Of a stretch of DNA of 64,000 bases, positions 41,170 to 50,376 are shown in pieces. This DNA is from Gemmatimonadales bacterium (GTDB lineage Bacteria > Gemmatimonadota > Gemmatimonadetes > Gemmatimonadales > GWC2-71-9). Made by a program: the position numbers and the translations under genes. How positions within the stretch are numbered: position 1 is the stretch's first letter; each line of letters opens with the position of its first letter. The notes beneath the pieces are model-generated. The model made no database searches, was not told the DNA's origin, and saw only the letters and a program-made list of their open reading frames with translations. The stretch covers positions 1,664,001 through 1,728,000 of the forward strand of contig OZ252244.1 in NCBI GenBank assembly GCA_965249575.1, written 5' to 3'.

Positions 41170-42621
41170 TCACTGCACTGCGGCCTTGCGAGGCCTCGGG
41201 GCCCCGTCTGGCCCATGGTCCCAGTCCTGCGCGCTCGAGACATTGGGCATGCCCCAATCGTGTCCGTTCCAGCCGTCGAATCCATCCATGCGAAACGCCC
41301 AGAAACCGGTCTCCAGATCGCTGATGATTATCAAGCCATCTGCATTGCGGATGTCGATGGCTTCCGCGCCGTTGTAGACGCTCCGCCCTCGCGGCGCCTG
41401 CCGGTTGCCGGCCCAGCCGAATTCATGGGGGCATTCGCACGTGTGATAGAACCCTACGATGTAAGGATTCGCGGGATCCATCCAGTTCAATACCTGTAAT
41501 CCGTCCTCGAACCCAGCAACGAACACATACGGCCACCGAACCTCCATGTTGTGGAGGACGGCGCGCCAGTCCGCCGTGATTCCGCCGATCGGCCGCGAGA
41601 TCGACTGGACCTCGCCGTCCAATCCCGGCTTCAGATCGAACACCCGCAACGGAGCAAACTGATACTCCGATTCCACCATGGCGTACCGACCGTCCGGTGT
41701 TGGAGTGAACGTGTGACCGCGCTCAAGCCCCGGTGCTCTGAGGATGGACGTCAACAACTTCGGCTCCTCGGGCCGCGATACGTCATACACATGAAAGCCG
41801 CCGGTCCCCGGACCGTAGAACTTGTCTTGCCTCGTCGCCGGATCGAAACCGACGTACATATCGTGATACGAAGCAGTCAGGGGCCGCCTCGCCCTCGGCG
41901 GCGGCACGTACCCGGGAATCTCCCTGCGTATCAACGGCGTGCCCGCCGGGATCGGGATGCGGCCGGTGAGCCCGTGTTGTGCATCGCCCGCCAGGAACTT
42001 CTCCATGTCGTAGATCTTCACCTCTGCGCCGGACGTGGCGAAGAGCAGCACTCTGCCGTCGGAGTGCTTGTAGAGATAGACGTTATGGAATCCATTTGGT
42101 GCGTCTGGAACGTGGATGCGTCCGGCCTCGGCGACTCTCGAGGTGTCCGGTAGACCGGTTACGTCAAAGACAACGGCGCCGAGGTCGGAGTTGGGCCCGC
42201 TCTGACCGAACTGGAATCCGTTCACTAGGTAGTACCGGCCGTTCACCTTGAAGTACTTGGCCCCGACTCCGCCCAAGCCCTGGTCACTCAGCTCTGCGTT
42301 CTCGAGCCGCCAGCTGTAGATCATCTCCGCGTTCTCGGGGTCTTCGATGCTCACCACTGTGAAACCGGCCTCGTTAGTCAGGAGCCGGGATCGAGACAGG
42401 TACACGAAGGGGCGGGACATCTCCTGTTCGATCTCGATGTCCACGGTCTGCATGAACCCGCGAATCGGAATGTGCGAGACTACTTTGACATTCGGTGTGC
42501 CACCGACTTTGGTTCCGGGCAGCGGCGATTGCGCGAGTGCTTGATGGGCGGGCACCTGGACAGCGGCGAGTACCGCCAGGAGCCGTAACCACTGACGCCA
42601 AACCGTGCGTGGCCTTCTCAT
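41170..42621 (-). CDS. Secreted LVIVD-like beta-propeller protein, paralogue 2
   Basis: GAGGAGG RBS; signal peptide ALA-Q; same motif series as paralogues 1 and 3. Confidence 0.9.
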   Translation of the reverse strand: MRRPRTVWRQWLRLLAVLAAVQVPAHQALAQSPLPGTKVGGTPNVKVVSHIPIRGFMQTVDIEIEQEMSRPFVYLSRSRLLTNEAGFTVVSIEDPENAEMIYSWRLENAELSDQGLGGVGAKYFKVNGRYYLVNGFQFGQSGPNSDLGAVVFDVTGLPDTSRVAEAGRIHVPDAPNGFHNVYLYKHSDGRVLLFATSGAEVKIYDMEKFLAGDAQHGLTGRIPIPAGTPLIRREIPGYVPPPRARRPLTASYHDMYVGFDPATRQDKFYGPGTGGFHVYDVSRPEEPKLLTSILRAPGLERGHTFTPTPDGRYAMVESEYQFAPLRVFDLKPGLDGEVQSISRPIGGITADWRAVLHNMEVRWPYVFVAGFEDGLQVLNWMDPANPYIVGFYHTCECPHEFGWAGNRQAPRGRSVYNGAEAIDIRNADGLIIISDLETGFWAFRMDGFDGWNGHDWGMPNVSSAQDWDHGPDGAPRPRKAAVQ

Positions 42622-42799
42622 CAACTGCCTCCTCACCGGAGGTGAATAGAGCCCAGCCACCCCGCCCTCTGCAAGACACGGCTCCGGTGACGGTTTCGCA
42701 AGGCCCACGGCGGACGGCGCCGGGGCCCGCGCAGACGGCACCTGAATGATATTTTCCGTTGTCGCATTGACGCGGGATCATTATTGCGGGGGACCGGCA

Positions 42800-43312
42800 G
42801 TGTTTCGAACGCGATCACTTTACGTGCCAATCGTCATGCTGGCGGCGGCCTGCGCGTCAACGGACCAGTCCGCTCTCTTGGCCGGGTTCGAGGCCGACAG
42901 GAAAGCGATCGAGGACTTACACCGCCGTGACATGGAGGCGGCGAAGCGGGGCGACTACGAGACGCTCGTGTCCCTGTGGACGGACGACGCAGTCATGCTC
43001 CCACCCAACGGCCACGTAGTCGTCGGGATCGAGACCATCCGCGCGCGCATGGAGGCCTCTCGAGGCCACTTCGACACGCTCGAGGTGACCGAGTACGTGC
43101 AAGATTTCAAAGACGTGGAGATCGTGGGCGACTTGGCGCTTGAGTGGGGGACCTATCGCGGAACGACGCGGTCCCGCTTGAGCGGCGAGATCGTCTCCGG
43201 GAAGGGCACCCTCATGCGGCTGCTCCGAAAACAGCCCGATGGCAGCTGGAAAATTGGCGCGGTCGATGTGGACGACAGATCCGAGCTAGCGGAGGGCCGG
43301 ACCAGCCGATGA
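42800..43312 (+). CDS. SnoaL/NTF2-like (DUF4440) lipoprotein; probable frameshift near 43256
   Basis: LAAAC lipobox; LWTDDAVMLPP, GDLALEWG, RKQPDGSWKI; removing one G gives the typical end WKIARSMWTTDPS*. Confidence 0.85.
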   Translation: MFRTRSLYVPIVMLAAACASTDQSALLAGFEADRKAIEDLHRRDMEAAKRGDYETLVSLWTDDAVMLPPNGHVVVGIETIRARMEASRGHFDTLEVTEYVQDFKDVEIVGDLALEWGTYRGTTRSRLSGEIVSGKGTLMRLLRKQPDGSWKIGAVDVDDRSELAEGRTSR

Positions 43313-44526
43313 CCGCGACGCCACCAACGAATCCAGTGGTCTCTGGCGCCACGTCGCCGCGGCCCAACATCCAGCGTCTGCGCGCATCGGAGATCCGGGC
43401 GCTTGCGAACGCGGGCACGGGCCGAAAGGACCTGCTGGCGTTCTGGTACGGTGAGCCGGACGAAGTGACCCCTGAGTTCATACGGCGAGCCGGCGTCCAG
43501 GCGCTCGAGAATGGTGACACGTTCTACGCACCGAATTTAGGCGTCCCAGACCTCAGGGCGGCGTTAGCGCGCTACGTATCGAGACTGCGCCGGTCGACCA
43601 CGATCGACCAAGTCGCGGTTACCAGCTCGGGCATGTCGGCGCTCATGATCGCCACGCAAGCCCTGATCGGTGCGCGCGACCGCGTAGTGGTCGTGACGCC
43701 CGTTTGGCCGAACGTCGTCGAGCTTCCACGGATCATGGGCGCCGAGGTCGTGACGGTGCCGCTCACATTCAGCATGGACGGGTGGGATCTCGACCTGGAC
43801 CGGCTGCTCGACGCGCTCACGCCGGCGACCGTAGCCCTTCACATCAACTCGCCGAACAACCCCACGGGATGGACGATGAGCACCGAGGCGCGCGACGCGG
43901 TGCTCGCACACTGCCGGCGGCACGGCGTGTGGCTCATCGCCGACGATGTGTACGAGCGGCTGTACTACGGCAACGAGTCCGGGCTCTCCCCGTCCTTCCT
44001 GGACGTCGCCGAACCCGAGGAACGGGTAATAGTCGCCAACTCGTTTTCCAAGGCGTGGCTCATGACCGGTTGGCGGCTCGGATGGCTCGTTACGCCCCGG
44101 GCGTTGCTCCAGACGTTCGCCAACCTGATCGAGTACAGCACGTCCTGCGCGCCTGGATTCGTGCAGCGGGCCGGGTTGGTGGCGCTCGAGGAGGGCGAAC
44201 CAATCGTGGCTCGGACACGCGAGCGGTTTCGCCGCGCGCGCGATTTTCTCGTGGAAGGGTTGAACGGGATTGCGGGTGTGGAAGCTCCGGTACCGTCGGG
44301 TGCCATGTACGCCTTCTTCCCCGTGCCAGGAGCCGGACGGACGTTCGCGTTCTGCGAGGACCTCGTAAAGCACGAGAAGTTGGGACTGGCTCCCGGGAGC
44401 GCCTTTGGTCCGGAAGGTGAGGGGTTCGTCCGTTGGTGTTTCGCGGCCGACGAGGAACGGCTGGCGGAGGGGATCCAGCGACTGGGCCGCGGAGTCGAGA
44501 GGCTGAACCGCTCTACTGGTGCTTAG
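43309..44526 (+). CDS. PLP-dependent aminotransferase class I/II
   Basis: GEPD..TP, INSPNNPTG, DDVYE, NSFSKAWLMTGWRLG, LAPGSAFG, RWCFA. Confidence 0.95.
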   Translation: MTATPPTNPVVSGATSPRPNIQRLRASEIRALANAGTGRKDLLAFWYGEPDEVTPEFIRRAGVQALENGDTFYAPNLGVPDLRAALARYVSRLRRSTTIDQVAVTSSGMSALMIATQALIGARDRVVVVTPVWPNVVELPRIMGAEVVTVPLTFSMDGWDLDLDRLLDALTPATVALHINSPNNPTGWTMSTEARDAVLAHCRRHGVWLIADDVYERLYYGNESGLSPSFLDVAEPEERVIVANSFSKAWLMTGWRLGWLVTPRALLQTFANLIEYSTSCAPGFVQRAGLVALEEGEPIVARTRERFRRARDFLVEGLNGIAGVEAPVPSGAMYAFFPVPGAGRTFAFCEDLVKHEKLGLAPGSAFGPEGEGFVRWCFAADEERLAEGIQRLGRGVERLNRSTGA

Positions 44527-44618
44527 TACCCGCCTTCGCCGATCCAGTCAGTGATTGCATTCGGCCGCGCCGCTAGACGACGCGACGTCGTACGCCGGCT
44601 TTCGCGCGGCGGCGCTGT

Positions 44619-45161
44619 GTGTGGCAGTCGCCCGCTGGGCCGGCAGTGGGACAGCTCGCCCCACACAGCGGTTCGGAAAGAGCTGGGAACGCTTCGATGC
44701 AGACGTTTGCCTCTGGTACCAGCTGGCTGCCCGCCTCGAGCCCGCACGGCGGAATCCTCTTCAAACGCTGGCCCTGGTCTCTCACGATCCACGGGTTCGC
44801 CAACCTCGTGTTCGCCGATGACACGGGCCCACGTGGAGACGCGGGATTTTCAGCGCGCTTGGGCCCGGGACGGGTCGAAGCCCGGGTCATGCTGTCGGCC
44901 GAGCCGACGATGGGACGAGACGGTTACCCGCTGCTGCTGCAGACCGGTGAGACGGCCGATGGAGTGAACCCGCTGGTAGACCGGCAGCACCCGTACGACT
45001 TGTTCATGGATGGTTACGTCTACGAGTTGCCGTTTGGGGGAGCAGTCGGGGTGGGCTTGGGAGTTTCAGGGAGGGTCCACTTGGTCCCTCGCGACCTCGA
45101 ACCGATCTACGGCGCGATCCCCAGCAGCTATTTGCTATTCACGCATTTCAGGCTTCGGTGA
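44619..45161 (+). pseudogene. Remnant of an outer-membrane barrel-type protein with internal deletion
   Basis: ASGTSWLPASSP, GPRG, MLSAEP, GYPLLLQTGETA...LVDRQHP.DLFM then jumps directly to C-terminal strands GYVYEL...YG..PSSY.LF.HFRL; leader in another frame. Confidence 0.65.
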
Positions 45162-45200
45162 CCGGCCCTCCCTGGATTGCTCAGTCCGTCAGACAAGCGC

Positions 45201-45389
45201 TCAACCGTCGCACGGGCACGACGAACCCGAATCGCCCGATTCCTCGGGCAGGGGCTCCCCACACGCCGGGCACTCTCGTCCGTCGGAACCAGCACCCGAC
45301 TCGCCACCATCGGACTCCGGAGCCTCGTAGGGCACCCCCCGCACATTGCAGCGGCGGCGCCAATGGCGGCCCGTTGTTCCACGGTACAT
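45201..45389 (-). CDS. Small Cys-rich protein (62 aa), possible zinc ribbon
   Basis: Strong AGGAGGTG RBS; ECPACGEPL and C-terminal SCPCDG. Confidence 0.6.
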   Translation of the reverse strand: MYRGTTGRHWRRRCNVRGVPYEAPESDGGESGAGSDGRECPACGEPLPEESGDSGSSCPCDG

Positions 45390-45540
45390 CGATACACCTC
45401 CTACTTCTTCTTACCTCCAGGCCTGGGCCCGTTCCTAAGCGTGGCAAGGACCGAGCCACGCCACCGCGTAGCGCCCGAGGCCCGCGCGACGTACAGTACA
45501 GGGTGACAGAGACTCAAGGAGTTTAGCGACAGGAGGTTAC

Positions 45541-45927
45541 ATGATGTCCCAGAAAGACGGGGTGGTGCGTCCGGCAGCGCGAATACCGCTCAAAGAGGTG
45601 CCGGCCGGTGTGAAGACCAAAATGCAGGTCTTGGTCGGTCCGGAAGAGGGAGCACCCAACTTCGCGATGCGCCGGTTCGTCATGGGAAAAGGCGGGGGGA
45701 TTCCAAAACACACCAACCGCGTGGAGCACGAGCAGTATGTCCTGCGCGGGCGCGCCCGCATCACGATCGGGTCCACGGTTCATGAGGTCGGTCCGAACGA
45801 CACCCTCTACATTCCTGCTGGGACTCCGCACTCGTACGACGTGGTCGATGGTCCCTTCGAGTTTGTATGCGTCGTGCCCAACGCTCCTGATGAAATTCGG
45901 ATGGTAGAAGACGAGGGAACCTGCTGA
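45541..45927 (+). CDS. Cupin-domain protein
   Basis: AGGAGG RBS; FAMRRF, PKHTN.VEHEQYVL.G, YIPAGTPHSY. Confidence 0.92.
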   Translation: MMSQKDGVVRPAARIPLKEVPAGVKTKMQVLVGPEEGAPNFAMRRFVMGKGGGIPKHTNRVEHEQYVLRGRARITIGSTVHEVGPNDTLYIPAGTPHSYDVVDGPFEFVCVVPNAPDEIRMVEDEGTC

Positions 45928-45964
45928 GCCGACCGAATCAGCCAGCTTCACCCAGGCGCCGACC

Positions 45965-47278
45965 CTACCCATTCACAGAGAAGCTGCTGTCGGGGTTGAT
46001 CTCCCTGAGCCTCGAAAAGAATCCCACGTTGAGCTCAAGGCCCTTGTTCGCGGTGGTGATGTGGAGCGGATCACGGTCGTGATCCCGCCCTGCCTCGCAG
46101 GCCTCGATCAGCCCTGCCATGATGTGACCCACGCCCGGAGCGTTCTTGAATTCATGACCGCTCGTGCCGATGGCCATGTAGAATCCGTCGAGATCGGACT
46201 TGTCGTAAATCGGAAGCCAGTCGTCCGACACGTCGTACAGGTCCACCACGCCCTTGGGCCGGCTGGGTATTCGCAACCTCGGGATGCGGCGCGCGAGGCG
46301 ATACACCTGGGCTTTCCACTGCTCTTCCGTCACCTCCCTGTCGAACACGTCCGGATCGGCAACCCAGTGTTTTGAATCGCACGCCGGGTCCTGGCTCCCG
46401 ACGAGAATGTTGTTCCCTGCCTCGGGACGGAAGTAGACACCGGTGTCGCCGTCGGACGTATGATGCCCGCGGTTCAGAAAATCGAACCCGTCGGGGGGGG
46501 GCACGTGGTGGACTTCATGCCTCAGCGCACGGGTCTTGACGTTCATTCCCCGCTCGACCCCCGCCATCCGGTTGATGACGAAGGAGTGCGGGCCCGCGAT
46601 GTTCACGACGACCGGCGCGTCGATGCGGCATCCGTCGGACAACGCCACGCCCCGCACCCGGCCGCCGTCGCTCCGAATCTCCACGACTCTCGCTCCGAAT
46701 TGGAACGTCGCCCCGCGGGCCTCCGCTGCCGCTTGCACGTTCTGGGTCGCCAAGCGAGGGTCGCTGACGTAACCCGAACCCGGTGTGAAGATCGCGCCGC
46801 TGATGTGACTGTCGGAGTCCTGCCAGAACGAATGACCCGAGTCTTCGATGGGGCCCGGGGGGAAGTACGATTTGGTCGAGTAGAGGGGCGCACGCTCCCG
46901 CAAGGTCGTGAGGTCCCACTCTTCGTGCTCCACCCCAATATCCCGGTAGTGCTGCAGGATCTTCTCCCATCTGTGACCCTGTGTCTTGAGCAGAATCGTC
47001 CCGCAGTTGACGAACAGGGCAAGACCTCGGGGGTCGGCGAGCCCGAGGTAACGTCCCCAGTTCTTCCAGTACGAGAAATTGTCGTACGCCAGGGCCACTC
47101 CTTCGTAGGTGGAGTAGTGGGCTCGGATGTTTGCGCAGGAGTTGATCGTCGACCCGGAACCGGCTTCAGCCAGCTTGTCGACATTGAGCGTGCGGTATCC
47201 CCTCTTGCTCAGCTCGAAGGCCGTGGTGCAGCCGATGATCCCCGCACCGATGATGACCACGTCTGCCTGTCTCGTCAT
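45965..47278 (-). CDS. FAD-dependent oxidoreductase (DAO/sarcosine oxidase beta family)
   Basis: VVIIGAGIIG Rossmann motif; GSGST, SGYVSDP, YDVSDDWLPI, GTSGHEFK. Confidence 0.92.
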   Translation of the reverse strand: MTRQADVVIIGAGIIGCTTAFELSKRGYRTLNVDKLAEAGSGSTINSCANIRAHYSTYEGVALAYDNFSYWKNWGRYLGLADPRGLALFVNCGTILLKTQGHRWEKILQHYRDIGVEHEEWDLTTLRERAPLYSTKSYFPPGPIEDSGHSFWQDSDSHISGAIFTPGSGYVSDPRLATQNVQAAAEARGATFQFGARVVEIRSDGGRVRGVALSDGCRIDAPVVVNIAGPHSFVINRMAGVERGMNVKTRALRHEVHHVPPPDGFDFLNRGHHTSDGDTGVYFRPEAGNNILVGSQDPACDSKHWVADPDVFDREVTEEQWKAQVYRLARRIPRLRIPSRPKGVVDLYDVSDDWLPIYDKSDLDGFYMAIGTSGHEFKNAPGVGHIMAGLIEACEAGRDHDRDPLHITTANKGLELNVGFFSRLREINPDSSFSVNG

Positions 47279-47344
47279 GTCTGGCACCCGAGAGGATGTG
47301 GCTAGGTGATACTAAACGCGCGTCCTTGAACTAGTGAGGGTATG

Positions 47345-47373
47345 AAAAGCACCGGCCCGCCGGAGGCGGGCCG
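47345..47373 (-). terminator. Probable intrinsic terminator of the csp-rpsU transcript
   Basis: CGGCCCGCC/GGCGGGCCG inverted repeat with GCTTTT following on the minus strand. Confidence 0.65.
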
Positions 47374-47396
47374 TTGGGTCGCGTGAGCGCCGGGCT

Positions 47397-47600
47397 CTAT
47401 GAGCTCCGTCGACGGCTGGGCTTCTTGGGTCGGCGGCGCCTCGCGGCGGTCTCCGCCTTCAGCCGCTTGGCGGTGCTGGGCTTGACGTAGAAGCGCTTCT
47501 TCTTGAGCTCACGCAGGACGCCGGAGCGCTGCACTTTTCTCCTGAAGTGCTTAATAGCCCAATCCAGCCGATCGGCCTCTCCCAAGATGATCTCCGTCAT
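47397..47600 (-). CDS. rpsU: 30S ribosomal protein S21
   Basis: AIKHFRRKVQRSGVLRELKKKRFYVKPS bS21 signature. Confidence 0.93.
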   Translation of the reverse strand: MTEIILGEADRLDWAIKHFRRKVQRSGVLRELKKKRFYVKPSTAKRLKAETAARRRRPKKPSRRRSS

Positions 47601-47695
47601 CGTGCCCGCCGTTCCTAGTGAGAATGAAGCAGACGGGCCCCGCCGGCATACACCGGACGAGGCCCCGCTACGCATCGCCTCCGGAGAGGCGGTGT

Positions 47696-47908
47696 TTAGG
47701 CGTCGAGCTTGCTAACGTTCTCAGCCGCCGGACCCTTTTGGCCCTGTACGACGTCGAACTCTACCTGCTGGCCCTCGCGCAAGGTCTTGAAGCCCTCGCC
47801 CTGGATCGCCGAATGATGCACGAAGCAATCTTTCTCGCCGTCCTCACGGGTGATGAAGCCAAAGCCCTTGCTGTCATTGAACCACTTCACGGTGCCCTTG
47901 GTACGCAT
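47696..47908 (-). CDS. csp: Cold-shock protein (CspA family)
   Basis: [21 protein letters not shown] (RNP1/RNP2), [19 protein letters not shown]. Confidence 0.98.
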   Translation of the reverse strand: MRTKGTVKWFNDSKGFGFITREDGEKDCFVHHSAIQGEGFKTLREGQQVEFDVVQGQKGPAAENVSKLDA

Positions 47909-48156
47909 TTCCGTACTCCCTTAGGTTTGTTGATGTTCGTCGGAGTGCGGACGTGCCGTACGTACCGATCGCTCATCAGCTGTTCGCGGTGTTCGCCCCC
48001 GCGTGGGCTGCCGCCGGACAATCCTGAGAAGGTTCCCCGGACGGCGCGAAATCCGTAACGAAAAAAGGGACCGGCGGCGTGCCAGATCCCCTTTTCAGCG
48101 TTCTCCGGTATTTGCGGCGCGCTGCGTAGCGCGCATTTCACACCTGGCCCAATGTA
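47909..48156 (-). promoter_or_regulatory. Long structured csp leader with terminator-like hairpin and candidate -10 box
   Basis: Minus strand AAAAGGGGATCTGGC...GCCGGTCCCTTTTTT at 48061-48095; TACATT at 48151-48156. Confidence 0.5.
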
Positions 48157-48199
48157 ACGATCAGCTGGTCATCGCGAAAGGGCCAAGTAAATTGGGGTA

Positions 48200-48511
48200 A
48201 TGACCTACTGGCTTGTGGTCGCCTCACCGGTCGAGGACCGGTTGCCCCAGCTCGAGCGCCGGCTCAACGAGGATGAGTTCTCCGATCTTCGGCCCTTCGG
48301 GAGCTCGCTCACCCTGGGCTTGAGGGGCGCCCGCCGCCGGCCCGACGGAAAGGCCGTCTGGGAGGAAGAGGATTACTGCATCCCACCCCTCGCTCAGGAG
48401 CGCGAGGCCGTGCTGGATGAATATTTCACCGACATCCAGGTGGATGCGGTCGAGCTGGGCGATGGCTGGCGCGCGATCGCCGATCTCCCCAAGCTCTTTC
48501 CGTCTCCGTAG
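48200..48511 (+). CDS. Conserved hypothetical protein
   Basis: Protein-like composition with motif-like PFG, WEEEDYC.PPLAQER..LD.YF, GDGW. Confidence 0.8.
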   Translation: MTYWLVVASPVEDRLPQLERRLNEDEFSDLRPFGSSLTLGLRGARRRPDGKAVWEEEDYCIPPLAQEREAVLDEYFTDIQVDAVELGDGWRAIADLPKLFPSP

Positions 48512-48579
48512 TTCCTCCGGACTCTCGGCGGGATCCCACGACCGCCTGCCGGACCCGGGGCCGGGTGCCTCGACACCCC

Positions 48580-50169
48580 TCAGCGATCGCTCTCCGAGGA
48601 GCTGCGCGCCGGCGACCTGCAGGGCGGCCATTCCAAGTCTGTAGGCATCGCACGCTGGGCTCTCGACATCCGCTCGGGATCTTCCGACGCCCGGTAGACA
48701 AGCATCGCGGTGACCAACGCATCGTACCGCAGGTCGTCGAAGACGATCTTGTCGAACGTGTCGCGGTTGGTATGCCAGGTATAGTCTCTCGTATCCCATC
48801 GATTCGTGCTGCTCGGGGCGCCTTCCATCCGACCGTCACCCACGTGGAAGCTGAAGGCGGGGACGCCCCAACAGAGGAAGGCCGCGTGATCTGTCCCTCC
48901 GCGGTCCGGCAGCGTCGAGATCTTGAGCCTGACCAGGCTCTCCAGCTCGCCCGGAACGTGAGCCAACCAGCGGGCGAAGTGCGGCCCGCCCGCCTGGAAT
49001 CCCTGCATTGGAATGTTCGTGACCGGACCGGTTCCATGATCGACGTTGAAGACCACGTGGGTGTTCGCGAGGATCTCCGGATGGTCCGCCGCAAAGGCCC
49101 GTGAACCGTTCAGGCCCTGCTCTTCACCATTCCAGAGCGCGGCGAGGATGGTGCGCCGCGGGCGCGGGAGCACGCGACCGAGAATGCGCATCGCTTCCAT
49201 GAGCACCACCGAGCCGGTCCCGTTGTCTAGTGCGCCCGAGGACCCATCCCAGGAGTCGTAGTGAGCCGAGATCAGGATGTATTCGTCTGCTCGCGTGGTC
49301 CCTGGGATCTCGGCGAGGGCGTTGTAAACCGGAACTTCGCCCAGGGAACGAGATTCGACATTGATCCGTAATACAGGTCCCTGCCGGTTCTGCACCATGC
49401 GGTACACCAAGCCGTAGTCCTCACAGCTCAGATCCACGACGGGAGCGCGCTCGGCTCGGGTACCGAAGATCTTGTTCACTCCCCACCCCTCCGACCACAG
49501 AGAGGAGATGACCCCGGCGGCGCCCGCTGCGTCAAGAAGCTGGGGCAGCTCCCTCGCCCCAACCCCGGTGTTGGCCACCCGCCCTTCCCAGGCTTCGACG
49601 GCCTCCGCCCGCTCCGCCAGCACTCGCTCGAGGGTCTCAGACCTGGCAAACCACTCCCAGTTGTCGCGCGGCCGGCAGCTCGTCTCGGGACGTGAAATCA
49701 GCACGAACTTCCCGCGCACGGCGGGTAGCCAGGCCTGGAAGGCCTCGGGACTCGCGGCGTCGGCCAGAATCAACACCTCCGCCTCCACCGGTCCGGCAGT
49801 TGGGGCGCTCCACGCGAGGGACATGCCTTCGAGTGAGCGAACCCGCGGCTCGAGCATGTCGATGTGGCTGATGCCGCGGTCCCACCCGCGCCAGGTACCG
49901 TACTGTTCCTTGCGGGCCGACATGCCCCACTCAGCGAATTTGGCGACCGCCCAATCGTTCGCGCGCGCCATCGTCGGCGACCCGGTGAGCCGCGGACCGA
50001 TCGAGTCCATCATCACTTGCGCTAGCGAGTACAACTGGGACTGATCGGTACCCTCGGCCCAGATCGCCCGTATCACCGGATCGTCCGAGGGAAACGACTG
50101 TGCGGCAGCCGGCGTGGCGGGAAAGCCCGCCAGCGAGCACGCGAGCGCGAGACGAAACGAGTGGCTCAT
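48580..50169 (-). CDS. Secreted M28 peptidase (carboxypeptidase Q-like, PA-type insert)
   Basis: Signal peptide AAA-Q; IGPRLTGS, AHYDSW, GALDNGTG, GEEQGL.GS, TDH, WHTNRDT. Confidence 0.93.
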   Translation of the reverse strand: MSHSFRLALACSLAGFPATPAAAQSFPSDDPVIRAIWAEGTDQSQLYSLAQVMMDSIGPRLTGSPTMARANDWAVAKFAEWGMSARKEQYGTWRGWDRGISHIDMLEPRVRSLEGMSLAWSAPTAGPVEAEVLILADAASPEAFQAWLPAVRGKFVLISRPETSCRPRDNWEWFARSETLERVLAERAEAVEAWEGRVANTGVGARELPQLLDAAGAAGVISSLWSEGWGVNKIFGTRAERAPVVDLSCEDYGLVYRMVQNRQGPVLRINVESRSLGEVPVYNALAEIPGTTRADEYILISAHYDSWDGSSGALDNGTGSVVLMEAMRILGRVLPRPRRTILAALWNGEEQGLNGSRAFAADHPEILANTHVVFNVDHGTGPVTNIPMQGFQAGGPHFARWLAHVPGELESLVRLKISTLPDRGGTDHAAFLCWGVPAFSFHVGDGRMEGAPSSTNRWDTRDYTWHTNRDTFDKIVFDDLRYDALVTAMLVYRASEDPERMSRAQRAMPTDLEWPPCRSPARSSSESDR

Positions 50170-50376
50170 TGGTTGCTCCGCGAGAACGTGAACCCACTTT
50201 ACCCAGCACCGCGACGCCCGCACGGAAACTACCGGCCGCCCCGCGGCTCGGGTACCTCTGCACCATCGGCCTTGCCGGCATCGGGAACGGGACGCAGGCT
50301 TAGCGTGCGATGCGGCTCGCGCCTCCGGCGCGGAACGAGCCGACGCCAAACCAGCCCCACTTTGGAGAAGACTTCG

